From positions 64,001-128,000 of the IMG/VR virus record IMGVR_UViG_3300016667_000484: a stretch of DNA of 64,000 bases; one strand, given 5' to 3'. This document shows positions 1 to 9,559 of the stretch, in pieces. Below the pieces are notes generated by a model. The model saw only the letters and a list, made by a program, of their open reading frames with translations, was not told the DNA's origin and ran no database searches. Numbering within the stretch: the first letter of the stretch is position 1; every line of letters begins with the position of its first letter. This DNA comes from a virus. Lineage: Duplodnaviria; Heunggongvirae; Uroviricota; Caudoviricetes. A program made the position numbers and the translations under genes.

Positions 1-793
1 CAAGGTTCTCGAGCCCAGTCGCGTTTCCATCAGCACCAGCCATAGCGACGGCGTTGGACAGAAACAACGAGTCGATAGGACCCTCTACGACGTAGTATTT
101 CTTCGTGAAGTCAACCTGATCGAGACCGAACAACTTCGGCTTGTTCTCGTCGAGCATGATTGTGATGTAACGTATAGAGAGCTTGTCGAAAGCCCTTCCC
201 TGGAATCCGAACACGACGCCATCTCGATCGATCATCGGAAGGATGAGTCGAGGAAGATCACGCTCAGGTTGAGGAAGTTTGTCAGGAATAAGACTGTTGA
301 CCCAGGTGTTGAACTTAGGTGCGTAGTAAAGGCGATGATGAGCCTTCGAGGGGATCTTACGTTTGTTCACGTAGTTTCGAGCCGGATGATCAGCAGACAA
401 CTGGCCGAGACGTTTGATCTTGAGAAGTGGTGATCCCGTTCGTTTAAAGTTTGGTACAGGAGCTGTAAGAGTCTCGAGTGCCTTTGGTTTCTCCTGCGGA
501 GGTCGACCCGACAACTTCTCAAACTTCGAGTCGATCACATAGTCGTTGTATAGACCAGCATCTGTAAGCTTGATGAATCTCCAGAGAGGATGAGTCTGGC
601 CACAGTTGAAGCAATGGAACATGGTCGAGGTACCCTTCTCGACGAACCAACCTCGAGCAAGAGACTTTGACTTCTGGCTATCACCACAGATGGGACAGCG
701 GAAGTTTGCCTTGTATGGATTTGATTGTTTGACTTTGTACCTATCCAGGCGAGTGGATAGGATACCACAGTACTTTAGGTCTACGAGGTTCAA
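1..793 (-). CDS. gp61: DNA primase (T4 gp61-like), 5' part; runs off the window start
   Basis: Frame not in the ORF track: TTG start at 793 gives MNLVDLKYCGILSTRLDRYKVKQSNPYKANFRCPICGDSQK...HCFNCG (primase Zn finger) and TOPRIM-like VVEGPIDSLFL near position 1. Confidence 0.93.
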   Translation of the reverse strand, partial: MNLVDLKYCGILSTRLDRYKVKQSNPYKANFRCPICGDSQKSKSLARGWFVEKGTSTMFHCFNCGQTHPLWRFIKLTDAGLYNDYVIDSKFEKLSGRPPQEKPKALETLTAPVPNFKRTGSPLLKIKRLGQLSADHPARNYVNKRKIPSKAHHRLYYAPKFNTWVNSLIPDKLPQPERDLPRLILPMIDRDGVVFGFQGRAFDKLSIRYITIMLDENKPKLFGLDQVDFTKKYYVVEGPIDSLFLSNAVAMAGADGNATGLENL

Positions 794-865
794 CTACTAC
801 TACCTTAGTATTACTTCCGTTAAGACGATTATACTCAGGTTGGAGCGTTTGTACACCGAAAAGTG

Positions 866-1333
866 TCAGCCACCGAACAGAATTTTGTCCCATGGAATTT
901 CGGCCAAGATAAACCCCAAGACGCCGGCTGCGCCAAGGACGTACCACTTCCAGTTTTCAAGAGTCGTAATGCGACTGTCTAGTTTATGCTGAGTCTCAGC
1001 AATTTCCTTCAACGCCGCCAGCAACTCTTTGTGATACTTTTCACGTTCGAGGTGGTTTTCCTCTTTCATGTCTGTAATTCGTTTATGCAGAGTATCGACT
1101 TGCTTCTCAAAATCATTTTTTCTTTCTGACATGGCTAGCTTGATTCCATCAATCATCTGATCATGATTTTGAAGCTTATTCTCGTGGACAATAAGCATTT
1201 TCGAGATGCTATTTGACACTTCGGCCATTTTTTCGATAGCATCATCGATTTTCGCAGAAAAGCCTTGAATGGCGTTGATGTCACGCTTGATGATCTCTAC
1301 ATCTGTTTTAAGCGAGTTAAAATCTTCAGCCAT
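866..1333 (-). CDS. Coiled-coil protein with C-terminal transmembrane helix; candidate holin (XhlA-like topology)
   Basis: Long heptad-rich region then WKWYVLGAAGVLGFILA; last gene of endolysin-spanin cluster. Confidence 0.45.
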   Translation of the reverse strand: MAEDFNSLKTDVEIIKRDINAIQGFSAKIDDAIEKMAEVSNSISKMLIVHENKLQNHDQMIDGIKLAMSERKNDFEKQVDTLHKRITDMKEENHLEREKYHKELLAALKEIAETQHKLDSRITTLENWKWYVLGAAGVLGFILAEIPWDKILFGG

Positions 1334-1343
1334 TCAAGTAACC

Positions 1344-1757
1344 TCAGTTTGTTGTAGTGTTTATGCTATTTATCTCTGCATTCGCGGCATCAATTGCAGC
1401 GTCACTCTGCTTATAATAACCTTCATATGCAGCGATAATAGCTTGCTGTTGCTGGATATATGCTCTAATGTCAGATAGATTCAATGATATATTCTCATAG
1501 CCCTTATCAGTTAGCGCAAAAAGAACTATTGGCTGTCCCTTCTTTGCTAATTCATTGAACACTTCTTCATAGTTCTCAGGTGTTATGATAATCCATTGAA
1601 CATCACGCGTCTTGATCGGATCTGCGTATGGCAAAACGAGTTCCGGTTTATCCACTGGCTTAGCAGATACCTGAATCTCTTGCACCGGCTTTGAACACGC
1701 ACTAACGAGTAAGAGTGTCAAACAGCCAAGGGCACTCGCTATTGAACGATTTACCAT
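1344..1757 (-). CDS. o-spanin (Rz1-like outer-membrane lipoprotein)
   Basis: Signal peptide with lipobox LLVSA-C; overlaps the 3' end of the i-spanin gene. Confidence 0.75.
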   Translation of the reverse strand: MVNRSIASALGCLTLLLVSACSKPVQEIQVSAKPVDKPELVLPYADPIKTRDVQWIIITPENYEEVFNELAKKGQPIVLFALTDKGYENISLNLSDIRAYIQQQQAIIAAYEGYYKQSDAAIDAANAEINSINTTTN

Positions 1758-2163
1758 CTGTAGCATTCCTTTCAGCATCAGTCATCTCAGCTCCACTGAG
1801 CAGCTCAAAGCATCTCGCAGCTTTATCAGAAGCACCGTTGATCGCTCTCTGGACGAGAGCTGGCTTCTTTGACGCAAGATACGCAAGATCATGTTCACTC
1901 AAGCGATCTGACAATTCACGATTTTGTGCTCTTACCGCAGTGAACGCTTCATTAACACGAGTCAATTCGGCGTTCGCCGCAGCGAAGTTTTGTTGGAGAG
2001 TCGCGATCGTCTCTTCGTTTGTTTTGACCGCGAGCTCTAGCTTTGCGTTGTTCGCCACCAGCATGGCGATACGGGCTTGGCTATCTTTATAGTACCAATA
2101 GAATCCGCCGACCATAGTCAGCATGATCGCACCCATGATGAGGTAAGCCTTCAGCCCAAGCAT
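1702..2163 (-). CDS. i-spanin (Rz-like)
   Basis: N-terminal TM helix, long coiled coil, two C-terminal Cys; directly after endolysin. Confidence 0.75.
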   Translation of the reverse strand: MLGLKAYLIMGAIMLTMVGGFYWYYKDSQARIAMLVANNAKLELAVKTNEETIATLQQNFAAANAELTRVNEAFTAVRAQNRELSDRLSEHDLAYLASKKPALVQRAINGASDKAARCFELLSGAEMTDAERNATDGKSFNSECPWLFDTLTR

Positions 2164-2165
2164 GA

Positions 2166-3035
2166 TTAACCCAGAAGCTTTGCCAGAGTCTTTGGACCAG
2201 CGACACCGTCTGCGACTAGGCCATTCTTAGCTTGCCATGACTTCAGTGACGCTTCAGTTCCGATGCCAAAGATGCCGTCTGCTGCTAGACCAAGTGCGGC
2301 CTGAAGCTTCTTCACGGTTTCACCTTTGGATCCACGCTTAACTGTTTCAGCGACAGATTGAGTGACAGAATCCGTGATCTGATCGTTGACGCGGGATGGC
2401 ATAGCTTTGACCGCACCACCGAGAACCGCGAGGTTGTGTTCGTAGTGCTTTTTGCGATCGTCTAGACCAATAGTTCCACCATTGACCAACTTAGTCATCT
2501 TGACGATGTCATTTGCGTCGCAAGCGGCGTTCAGGTTACGAGAGTTCCAATACCAGCAAGCTGACTCGAGTGCGCCATCAAGAGTCTTGAGATACTCGAT
2601 CACTTCGTCAGGAGACTTGCCGATGGACTTACCAAAGTTGGTGTAGTTGTCACGACCGGTCAGTTGGATGATACCACGGCCACGGAACTTATAGCCATCA
2701 CCTGAAGCCGTGTCACCGTTACCCATACGAGACGCGTAGATCACGTTCGCGATCTTCTCTGGCTTCTTCTCGTACTCGGCTGCGTTACGTCCGGCCTTTG
2801 AGAAGTACTTGCTGAACAGTTTCTCGAGAGTCGCTGCCTTATAGTTCAGGTTCTCTTCGAGCACTGTGAAGTTCAGGGACTCATGACCGCACTGAGCACA
2901 AAAACCGGCGATACGGTTAGGTGTGTTGATTTCATACTTTGGGAAGATCTTGACCATGGCATCATACCATGCGTCAATGTTCTTGTTACCCTTCAGCATC
3001 TCTGCTACATGCGACTTTTCTAATACAAACGTCAT
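2166..3035 (-). CDS. Endolysin: GH19 chitinase/lysozyme-like domain plus C-terminal peptidoglycan-binding domain
   Basis: AQCGHES...EENLNY and GDGYKFRGRGIIQLTGRDNY motifs; C-terminal VKKLQAALG..ADGIFG..T; ATG at 3035 preceded by GAGGA. Confidence 0.9.
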   Translation of the reverse strand: MTFVLEKSHVAEMLKGNKNIDAWYDAMVKIFPKYEINTPNRIAGFCAQCGHESLNFTVLEENLNYKAATLEKLFSKYFSKAGRNAAEYEKKPEKIANVIYASRMGNGDTASGDGYKFRGRGIIQLTGRDNYTNFGKSIGKSPDEVIEYLKTLDGALESACWYWNSRNLNAACDANDIVKMTKLVNGGTIGLDDRKKHYEHNLAVLGGAVKAMPSRVNDQITDSVTQSVAETVKRGSKGETVKKLQAALGLAADGIFGIGTEASLKSWQAKNGLVADGVAGPKTLAKLLG

Positions 3036-3042
3036 CGGATCC

Positions 3043-3603
3043 TCACTTAAGTTTATCGAACGTGCCGAATCGTTTGAGGACCGACGAACCGTTCTGTTGA
3101 ATTTTCTTTTGTACTCTCTTTGGAACGCCTGGTTCGCCCTTAGGCCCAACCCCGATTCCCTGGATGTTTCCACTACCAGCACTGTTCGCGATAGGAGCAC
3201 CACCTTCGCCATCCTCGATCATCATCTCAAATTTTTTGTTGACATCGAGTGATTCGGTAGTATAATCCATATAATGGTTGAATTTAATCATTAGATCCTC
3301 TTCAGTGAGTGTATCCACATATGATTCAATCTCTTGATGTTCCTTGATCAACCATAGGGCTGCAGCATAGGAAGCAATCTTTGACTGTCCACCTGGTACT
3401 TTAGCGAGCAGTCTCTTTAGCTTCAAGATCATCAGGTCATAAGTACCAAACGCCTGTCTCTCTGCGACTGTGCTTAGGTCGCGACGCTTCTTGAGGATGT
3501 TGCCATCCTTGTCGATGATACCAAGCTTGTAGGCCGGCCAGTCTTCAAATGAAGTCGCCAGTCTTTTGATGAATGAATAGACTAAGAAGAGGTCGACTAT
3601 CAT
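3043..3603 (-). CDS. Conserved T4-like hypothetical protein
   Basis: FIKRLATSFEDWPAYKLGIIDKDG N-terminus recalled from T4-like phages; ATGA-type coupling with upstream gene. Confidence 0.6.
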   Translation of the reverse strand: MIVDLFLVYSFIKRLATSFEDWPAYKLGIIDKDGNILKKRRDLSTVAERQAFGTYDLMILKLKRLLAKVPGGQSKIASYAAALWLIKEHQEIESYVDTLTEEDLMIKFNHYMDYTTESLDVNKKFEMMIEDGEGGAPIANSAGSGNIQGIGVGPKGEPGVPKRVQKKIQQNGSSVLKRFGTFDKLK

Positions 3604-3974
3604 ATTTTTCTAAGCTCTTGTACTATGCGTGGATCTAACCCAACGTCTGATGTATAAAGGGTTCCGCCTTCATATTGAACAGTCTCAGGCAGGTAATTTA
3701 GAAATAAGACGAATGGCTTCAGCATCGTGTGGTATTCCTTAAGCTTAAAGAACAACATGTTTGTTGCTTCAGTGCCAAAACAGTTGTATAGTACAATCAC
3801 ATGATTCAGGATTAGTCTTACTTTTAGATCATCTGCTTCTTCATAACGCTTGAATAATCTCTTGAGATATTGGAACCGCTTGAGGTCTTCATAGAATTCT
3901 TCAGCACCAGATGACTTCTTAACATCGTAGCACTTCGCTGCATATAACATAAAGTTGGATTCGTTCAAAATCAT
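3600..3974 (-). CDS. Conserved T4-like hypothetical protein
   Basis: FYEDLKRFQYLKRLF...RLILNHVIVLYNCFG pattern recalled from T4-like cyanophages. Confidence 0.65.
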   Translation of the reverse strand: MILNESNFMLYAAKCYDVKKSSGAEEFYEDLKRFQYLKRLFKRYEEADDLKVRLILNHVIVLYNCFGTEATNMLFFKLKEYHTMLKPFVLFLNYLPETVQYEGGTLYTSDVGLDPRIVQELRKI

Positions 3975-3992
3975 TCGTCACTCTCTCAAGGG

Positions 3993-4018
3993 AAAGAGGG
4001 GAATTTCTTCCCCTCTTT
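3993..4018 (-). terminator. Stem-loop, probable terminator
   Basis: 11-bp stem AAAGAGGGGAA/TTCCCCTCTTT between genes. Confidence 0.5.
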
Positions 4019-4032
4019 GCATTACTACTGAA

Positions 4033-4392
4033 TTAGCTATCAGCGACTGTTGAGTCTTCAATAGCGGTATTGCCACTGACACCTGCGTCACCTGCGGCTG
4101 CAGCAGAGACCTTCATTGGGATCAGTGTCTCTACACGACGACGAGTGTTTCCATTCGCGTCGGTGTAGGTTGTGAACAGATTCCAACCTGCGGTCTTAAG
4201 ACCAGCTGCGCGGTTTGAAGTGACAGCGGCTTCAGTCGTGTCGACGAAGAATGCGTTGTTCAGGTCAACTTGGTCTGGAAGACCACCATAATCACGTGCA
4301 GTGTTTGCCGCTGGGGCGATCGAAGTATTTGCTCCATCGAGTAGATACTTTGGTGCCGATGCTCGAGCGTCAGTTTTTCCCCATAGTGCCAT
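4033..4392 (-). CDS. Hypothetical (likely virion) protein
   Basis: MALWGK N-terminus, Ala/Thr/Gly-rich, good RBS. Confidence 0.55.
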   Translation of the reverse strand: MALWGKTDARASAPKYLLDGANTSIAPAANTARDYGGLPDQVDLNNAFFVDTTEAAVTSNRAAGLKTAGWNLFTTYTDANGNTRRRVETLIPMKVSAAAAGDAGVSGNTAIEDSTVADS

Positions 4393-4424
4393 GTTAGTTC
4401 TCCTTATGAATGGGATATTAGTAT

Positions 4425-5609
4425 TTATTTGTTGTTGGTTTTCTCATCATGATGTGCTTTAGCAGCTTCCATCGAATCGAATTCCTTGAAGTACTTTCGA
4501 TCAGGAGTGTGCACTGCGTAGGTTGCCTTCTTTGGCCACTTGTTGTAGATCTTAGTGATGCGAAGATCTGAAGCTTCGTTGATCTCGACTTCTTCCTTAA
4601 CAGCAGCTTTCTTTGCTGCTGCTTTAGCTTCTGCTGCTTCACGCTTTTTACGATCGGCATCCGCAATCTTATTCAACTGCTTTTCCTTCTTCATAGCAGC
4701 TTTCCAATATGTGTCACGCCAATCCTCTTGAACAACTTCTTCGCCAAAGCGCTTCTTGCCGTGTACTTCTTGAGAAACCTTGTTCACAATATCACGACGG
4801 TTGTCAAGCTTCTCACGGTACTTAACAGACTCTGGACTATTTACGGCGCTCTTCTTAGGACGTCCAGTCTTAGTGTACTTTGAAGGATCACGTGGTCTCT
4901 CGTATTTACCACGACTGGTGAAACGATCAACGACGTCTTGACCACCCTTTTCAACATAGCGCTTCTTCAGTTCAGTTGAGATTTCGTCGATCTGTTCGAC
5001 TTCTTCACGAGCCATGACCTTAGCCTTTGCTTTGTCGGCAGGATAAGTACCAAGCTTCTTGTTCGCGACTGAGATGCCCTGATTGCGATTGCCTACACGA
5101 CGAGCAGCATCATCACGCTCTTTCTTGTCCATTGCCATACCGCCATAGGTTCTAATATTTTTCTCAGCAGTGGTGCGGTCCTTCATAGCAGCCTTTTTGT
5201 CTGCACGGGACTTGTCAATGTAGTTACGAAGAGTTGATGCCGAGACTTCATCGAGTTCGATCTCTTCTTTCACTTCAATCTTGTGTGGATACTTACCTGC
5301 GTGCTTAACTGCCCATGCCTTCGCAGCATCAACAGTTTTGTGCGTGCCGTGATGATAAGAGTGGTCCCAAACGTTGTTTCCTACATCTTGCGAAACACCA
5401 TACTCACCATTTTTGCGCTTAGACACGATGTAGTGATTTGGTTTTTCTTCGTTGAGTCGACGTGCTTGTTCTGCTTCTGCAAGGCGAACGAAGTTCTTAG
5501 CACGAACGTGGGCTGATTCGTTCAATCCTACTGCGCCGTTACGCTGACGACGATAGAAAGCGATCGCCTCGGCAAGTTGCTGATTTGTGTATTGTGAAAA
5601 GTCTGTCAT
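4425..5609 (-). CDS. Modular putative internal head protein
   Basis: Basic modules separated by EEIELDEVS, EEVEQIDEIS, EEVEINEAS spacers. Confidence 0.6.
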   Translation of the reverse strand: MTDFSQYTNQQLAEAIAFYRRQRNGAVGLNESAHVRAKNFVRLAEAEQARRLNEEKPNHYIVSKRKNGEYGVSQDVGNNVWDHSYHHGTHKTVDAAKAWAVKHAGKYPHKIEVKEEIELDEVSASTLRNYIDKSRADKKAAMKDRTTAEKNIRTYGGMAMDKKERDDAARRVGNRNQGISVANKKLGTYPADKAKAKVMAREEVEQIDEISTELKKRYVEKGGQDVVDRFTSRGKYERPRDPSKYTKTGRPKKSAVNSPESVKYREKLDNRRDIVNKVSQEVHGKKRFGEEVVQEDWRDTYWKAAMKKEKQLNKIADADRKKREAAEAKAAAKKAAVKEEVEINEASDLRITKIYNKWPKKATYAVHTPDRKYFKEFDSMEAAKAHHDEKTNNK

Positions 5610-5618
5610 GATTTCCTC

Positions 5619-6284
5619 TTATTCTTCTTCTGAGTTAAAATCTTCTTCGTCGGCCATCTCTGACTCCATGTAGTCAGCAGCGCCAGTGATATAGTCGGTT
5701 GCTAGAACGATGTCTGCTACGATGTGCCCTGGAAGTTCATCGTCATCATCGAGAAGAGTGTGTAGTCTCTTCGCGGCCGCGATCATCATTCTTAGCTGGG
5801 ACTTAGCCATACCACCTTCTTGGCCATATTCGCCGTCGTCTTTAGCTTCACCATACATCTGTTTATACTTTTTCGTATACTGAGACTCTCTGGTTTTTGC
5901 AGTGGCGTCACCTGGTGCTGGCTTATACGCAGAAGGATCATCCCAGCTCTTGTTAGCACCTTTCTTAAAGTGTGCTGCGCGAGCCTTGTCAGTGGAGTTG
6001 TTCCCTGTGCTGTACTTAGAAGATAGCTCGGATTCTCTCAGGTCTTTGTCAGCGGTGTGATAGGTTTTGCCCTTAGTGATATACGAGTTCACTCTCGCCA
6101 TCGCCCATTGTTGTGGAGTTGTGCCGGGACGATGACCGGTGCGCCACGCGGCCATACCTCGGTTATAAACCTTTCTCAGAGTGCCGACCGAAATACCAGA
6201 AGCTTCGGCCTTTTTGGCCAAGCCGGTTTCGGCTGCTTCACTTATGTCAGTCGCTTCAGCTATGATTTGCTTGAATGTTTTCAT
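5619..6284 (-). CDS. Putative internal head protein (DUF5824-like) with capsid-targeting-like N-terminus
   Basis: MKTFKQIIAEA start; LAKKAEASGIS...VYNRGMAAWRTGHRPG..QQWAMARVNS domain. Confidence 0.65.
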   Translation of the reverse strand: MKTFKQIIAEATDISEAAETGLAKKAEASGISVGTLRKVYNRGMAAWRTGHRPGTTPQQWAMARVNSYITKGKTYHTADKDLRESELSSKYSTGNNSTDKARAAHFKKGANKSWDDPSAYKPAPGDATAKTRESQYTKKYKQMYGEAKDDGEYGQEGGMAKSQLRMMIAAAKRLHTLLDDDDELPGHIVADIVLATDYITGAADYMESEMADEEDFNSEEE

Positions 6285-6293
6285 GGTTTCCTC

Positions 6294-9200
6294 TTAGTAC
6301 TTAACGACTGGATTCGGAGTGGAGAAGTTCTTCTTGCGCATGATGGTCTTTGCCACGATGTCGATCTCATCATTCTTCGAGTCGTACTTGACTACTACCG
6401 GCATGTTGAGGTCTGACTGTAGATCCTTGACAACCATCTCTGCACCTGGCTTGTCTTTGAGAGGATTGCCATGCTTAGCGTAGATCTTTTTGATCAAATC
6501 AGCGAGTTCCTTGAGCTTGATCTTAGGCGAGTTACGATCGTCATTCATGCGCTCACCGAAGTGCTTAGTGAACTCAAAGTCGATCTTGAACTTCTCGAAC
6601 ATGCGGTCGACAAACTTCTCGAAGTCCTTCATCTTTGATGCAGTGATCTCGGTGTCCTCTGCTTCCTCTTTGATCGTATGTTCAAATGCCAGTCCAACTC
6701 GAGTGTGCTTCTTCTCGTCGGCGTACTTTTTCAGGAACTTCTTAGTCAGATCAGGGACTGCATTGGTTTCATCTGGCACAGTCTTCTTGAAGTCATCAGC
6801 ATCGACGTCGCCATCAAGGTCGGTGTCGACATGCATCAAGGCGTCTTTACCAATGTGCTTGAATGGAACACCGATTCCGAGCTCATGCTTGAATGGCTTC
6901 TTGTCTTCGCTGACTTGAACAACACTCGTCTTATACTTGTTTGGGTGTCTCTCAAGTTCTTTAGCGAGTTGTGTTGCCTTTTCGTGAGACATCGGTGTAG
7001 CATGCTTGATGTGCTTCTTGATCAGGTGTGCTGATGGTGTAGTATGCACGTCAAGGTAATGATCTTGCTTGTAGAATGGACTTTTGCCCTTCACCACATA
7101 CTTCTTTTCTTCAAACATATCTTCGAACGCTTCGTTGATACCATCAGTGATCTTTGGCTTAGTGACTACACCCTTTTCGCCTGGAGTAGCAGCTTTATAG
7201 TTTGAGACCAACTTGTCAGTACCTTCGAATCCAGCACCATAGCTCTCGTGATAGGTGCGGAACTTCTTCATCTTCTGATCGCGAGAAGTCACCGCACGAA
7301 GATGACGCTCGATGTGAGCATCAATCTCTGCTTTCGTGTTGACGTCCTTTGGCGCAGGAGGAATCACTGGTGCAGGGATCTCAGCTTGGTGCATGCTCTT
7401 CGGAGTAGATCTTCCAAGTGCTGGACCGGGAATGACTACGGCTTCACCGAGGTGACCATGTGAAGCGATCCATGCTTTCGCAGCTGGGCTCTTTGGCGGG
7501 TTCTTCGCCCAGGTCGAGATCTTCTTGTAGGTGTTCAGAATGGCTGGTTCAACTTCTTGTCCGGCCGAGTTGTCGATGATGTACATGTTGTTGCCAAAGT
7601 ACTGCTGGAACTTGCCGATGTTGTGCTGCACTTCTGACCACATAGTCTCGACTTCGCTGTCTGGCAGAGAGCGAGTGCGCATTTTGTTACGAGTCTTAGC
7701 TGTATCGAGGCTGGTGTTAACAAAGATCATCGCTACGTCGTAGCCGATCTTCTTTAGCTTCTCAGCTTGCTTCTCGATCTTTCCAAAGTCTTTACCAGTT
7801 CCGTCGATCACGAGACCAAGGCGGCCATGAACTGCGTGGTCCATGAGCTTACCAGTCAAAGCTTTTGCTTGACCACGAATCTCTTGACCTTTTGGCGAGT
7901 AGATGTTCTCAGGTGTTGATGCCATTCCCGCTTTCGCTAGAGCACGTTCGAACGCGTCATCGGAGTTGATGACTTTCATACCAAGTGCGGTGAGTGCGGT
8001 TCTACCGACGATGAATGACTTGCCAGAACCTGGACCACCAGCAAGGAAAACTGCCTTGAAGATAGATGGATCGTGTACACCTTCGTTCAGTGCTACTTCA
8101 AACGCCTCGTTGATGTGATTCGTCACGAGAGCGTTGACGTTGTCGAATCCGGCTTGCTCTTCAGTCTTCGATTCACTCAGGTTGTACATACCTTCGATGA
8201 ACGCCTCGAACACTACTTCAAAGTCAAGGCCTGACTTCTGTGACTTCTCGATAAGAGCCATCGCGATCTTGATGTCCTCAGGCGACTCGTCAAATGCCTC
8301 TTGAATCACATTGAGGAGTTCAGTGTCAGTTTGTTCATGATGCATGATGTTGCGGAACGCACGGAAGCGACGATCAAGCTTCGCTTTGTTGTGCTTGTCG
8401 AACACCATGTGATAACGTGGCTTTGTGCCTTCTTCAAGGAAAGCTTCAAACGATTCATTGATGTGGCTATTAGGTTGACCTGGGACGTGATGACCGGTTC
8501 CACCTTGGCCACCTTTGCTCAAGAGAGCAACACGAGCGAACTCAGCTTTACGTACAGTAGGAAGGAGTCGTGCTGCGATCTTCGCGATCGATCTTTTTCT
8601 TTCCTCGACACGCTTGTCGATCATGATCTTTTCTGCTGGCGAGAGGGATGCGTACTCGAGACCCTTTTCACCTGCTACTTTTCTACGAATGATCTGAATA
8701 GCTTTCTTACGAGCACGACCCTCAAGGTGCTTTTGGTCAGCGATGCGAGTACGTAGGCGCTCGCGGGACATCTCCATCTTTTTCTCGAGACGACGAGCTG
8801 TGATAGCACGCTTCATTCTCTCAGCGACGCTAAGCACGTGTTCTTCTAGTTCTACTTCTTCTGCCAATTTCATACCACCTCTAACTAGGCTATACACTTC
8901 GTCTGCGTGCTTCTGTAGGTTCTTTGGAAGACCGGTTTTGAATTTTGCTGAGTCACCTTTCGATGCGGCTTCTCTCATCTTTGACGCTGACATACCTTCA
9001 ACGCCTTCGGCATCAGGATCTCTCTCACCAGCAGAAACGACTTCGATCGACTTGAAGTTGAACTCCTTGCCGTTATACTTCTTTAGTAGTGTATCGAATT
9101 CTTGTACACGATCAGCACCGGCGACAAACACCACGTTATCGAAGTGACCGGTCAGAGACTTCATCACGTCGATTAGGGTTTTTGCTGGTGCTTTTTGGAT

Positions 9201-9506
9201 GATAGAACCGAATGCTTCTTTTGCGAGCATGATCTTGTCGTCGTACGACAGAGGGTTCTTTTTTGCGTCTTGAGAGTGGCTAAGGTATACTTGAGCGACG
9301 CCATTCGCCTTCTTTGCCAGATCCTTAACCTTGTTGACTAGCTTCTCATGGCCAACTGTTGGAGGGTTCATTCTTCCAAAAGAAACTACTGCGGTTTTAG
9401 CGTTCGCTTCTTTCAGTTCAGGATTCAGAATGATGTTGCTATTTTGACCACCGACGTTCTTATCATCAGGCGTCTTCTTTGCTTTCTTTGGCTCTACTGC
9501 CATCAT
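6294..9506 (-). CDS. Multidomain protein: HIGH-type nucleotidyltransferase + helical modules + zeta-toxin-like P-loop kinase + C-terminal RelE/BECR-like domain
   Basis: FGRMNPPTVGHEKL; VFLAGGPGSGKS...VIDGTG; C-terminal FTKHFGERM; late promoter upstream. Confidence 0.75.
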   Translation of the reverse strand: MMAVEPKKAKKTPDDKNVGGQNSNIILNPELKEANAKTAVVSFGRMNPPTVGHEKLVNKVKDLAKKANGVAQVYLSHSQDAKKNPLSYDDKIMLAKEAFGSIIQKAPAKTLIDVMKSLTGHFDNVVFVAGADRVQEFDTLLKKYNGKEFNFKSIEVVSAGERDPDAEGVEGMSASKMREAASKGDSAKFKTGLPKNLQKHADEVYSLVRGGMKLAEEVELEEHVLSVAERMKRAITARRLEKKMEMSRERLRTRIADQKHLEGRARKKAIQIIRRKVAGEKGLEYASLSPAEKIMIDKRVEERKRSIAKIAARLLPTVRKAEFARVALLSKGGQGGTGHHVPGQPNSHINESFEAFLEEGTKPRYHMVFDKHNKAKLDRRFRAFRNIMHHEQTDTELLNVIQEAFDESPEDIKIAMALIEKSQKSGLDFEVVFEAFIEGMYNLSESKTEEQAGFDNVNALVTNHINEAFEVALNEGVHDPSIFKAVFLAGGPGSGKSFIVGRTALTALGMKVINSDDAFERALAKAGMASTPENIYSPKGQEIRGQAKALTGKLMDHAVHGRLGLVIDGTGKDFGKIEKQAEKLKKIGYDVAMIFVNTSLDTAKTRNKMRTRSLPDSEVETMWSEVQHNIGKFQQYFGNNMYIIDNSAGQEVEPAILNTYKKISTWAKNPPKSPAAKAWIASHGHLGEAVVIPGPALGRSTPKSMHQAEIPAPVIPPAPKDVNTKAEIDAHIERHLRAVTSRDQKMKKFRTYHESYGAGFEGTDKLVSNYKAATPGEKGVVTKPKITDGINEAFEDMFEEKKYVVKGKSPFYKQDHYLDVHTTPSAHLIKKHIKHATPMSHEKATQLAKELERHPNKYKTSVVQVSEDKKPFKHELGIGVPFKHIGKDALMHVDTDLDGDVDADDFKKTVPDETNAVPDLTKKFLKKYADEKKHTRVGLAFEHTIKEEAEDTEITASKMKDFEKFVDRMFEKFKIDFEFTKHFGERMNDDRNSPKIKLKELADLIKKIYAKHGNPLKDKPGAEMVVKDLQSDLNMPVVVKYDSKNDEIDIVAKTIMRKKNFSTPNPVVKY

Positions 9507-9559
9507 TTTCTCCTTACATCACAGGTTTACCTAGGCCTAACTGCGGTTGGTTTTGATTC

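Noticed and set aside
535-768. Minus-strand 77-aa ORF from the track
   Set aside because: Alternative frame inside the primase gene, which is read from TTG 793 in another frame
3036-3212. 59-aa N-terminal extension of the endolysin ORF
   Set aside because: Overlaps the upstream gene; RBS GAGGA precedes ATG 3035
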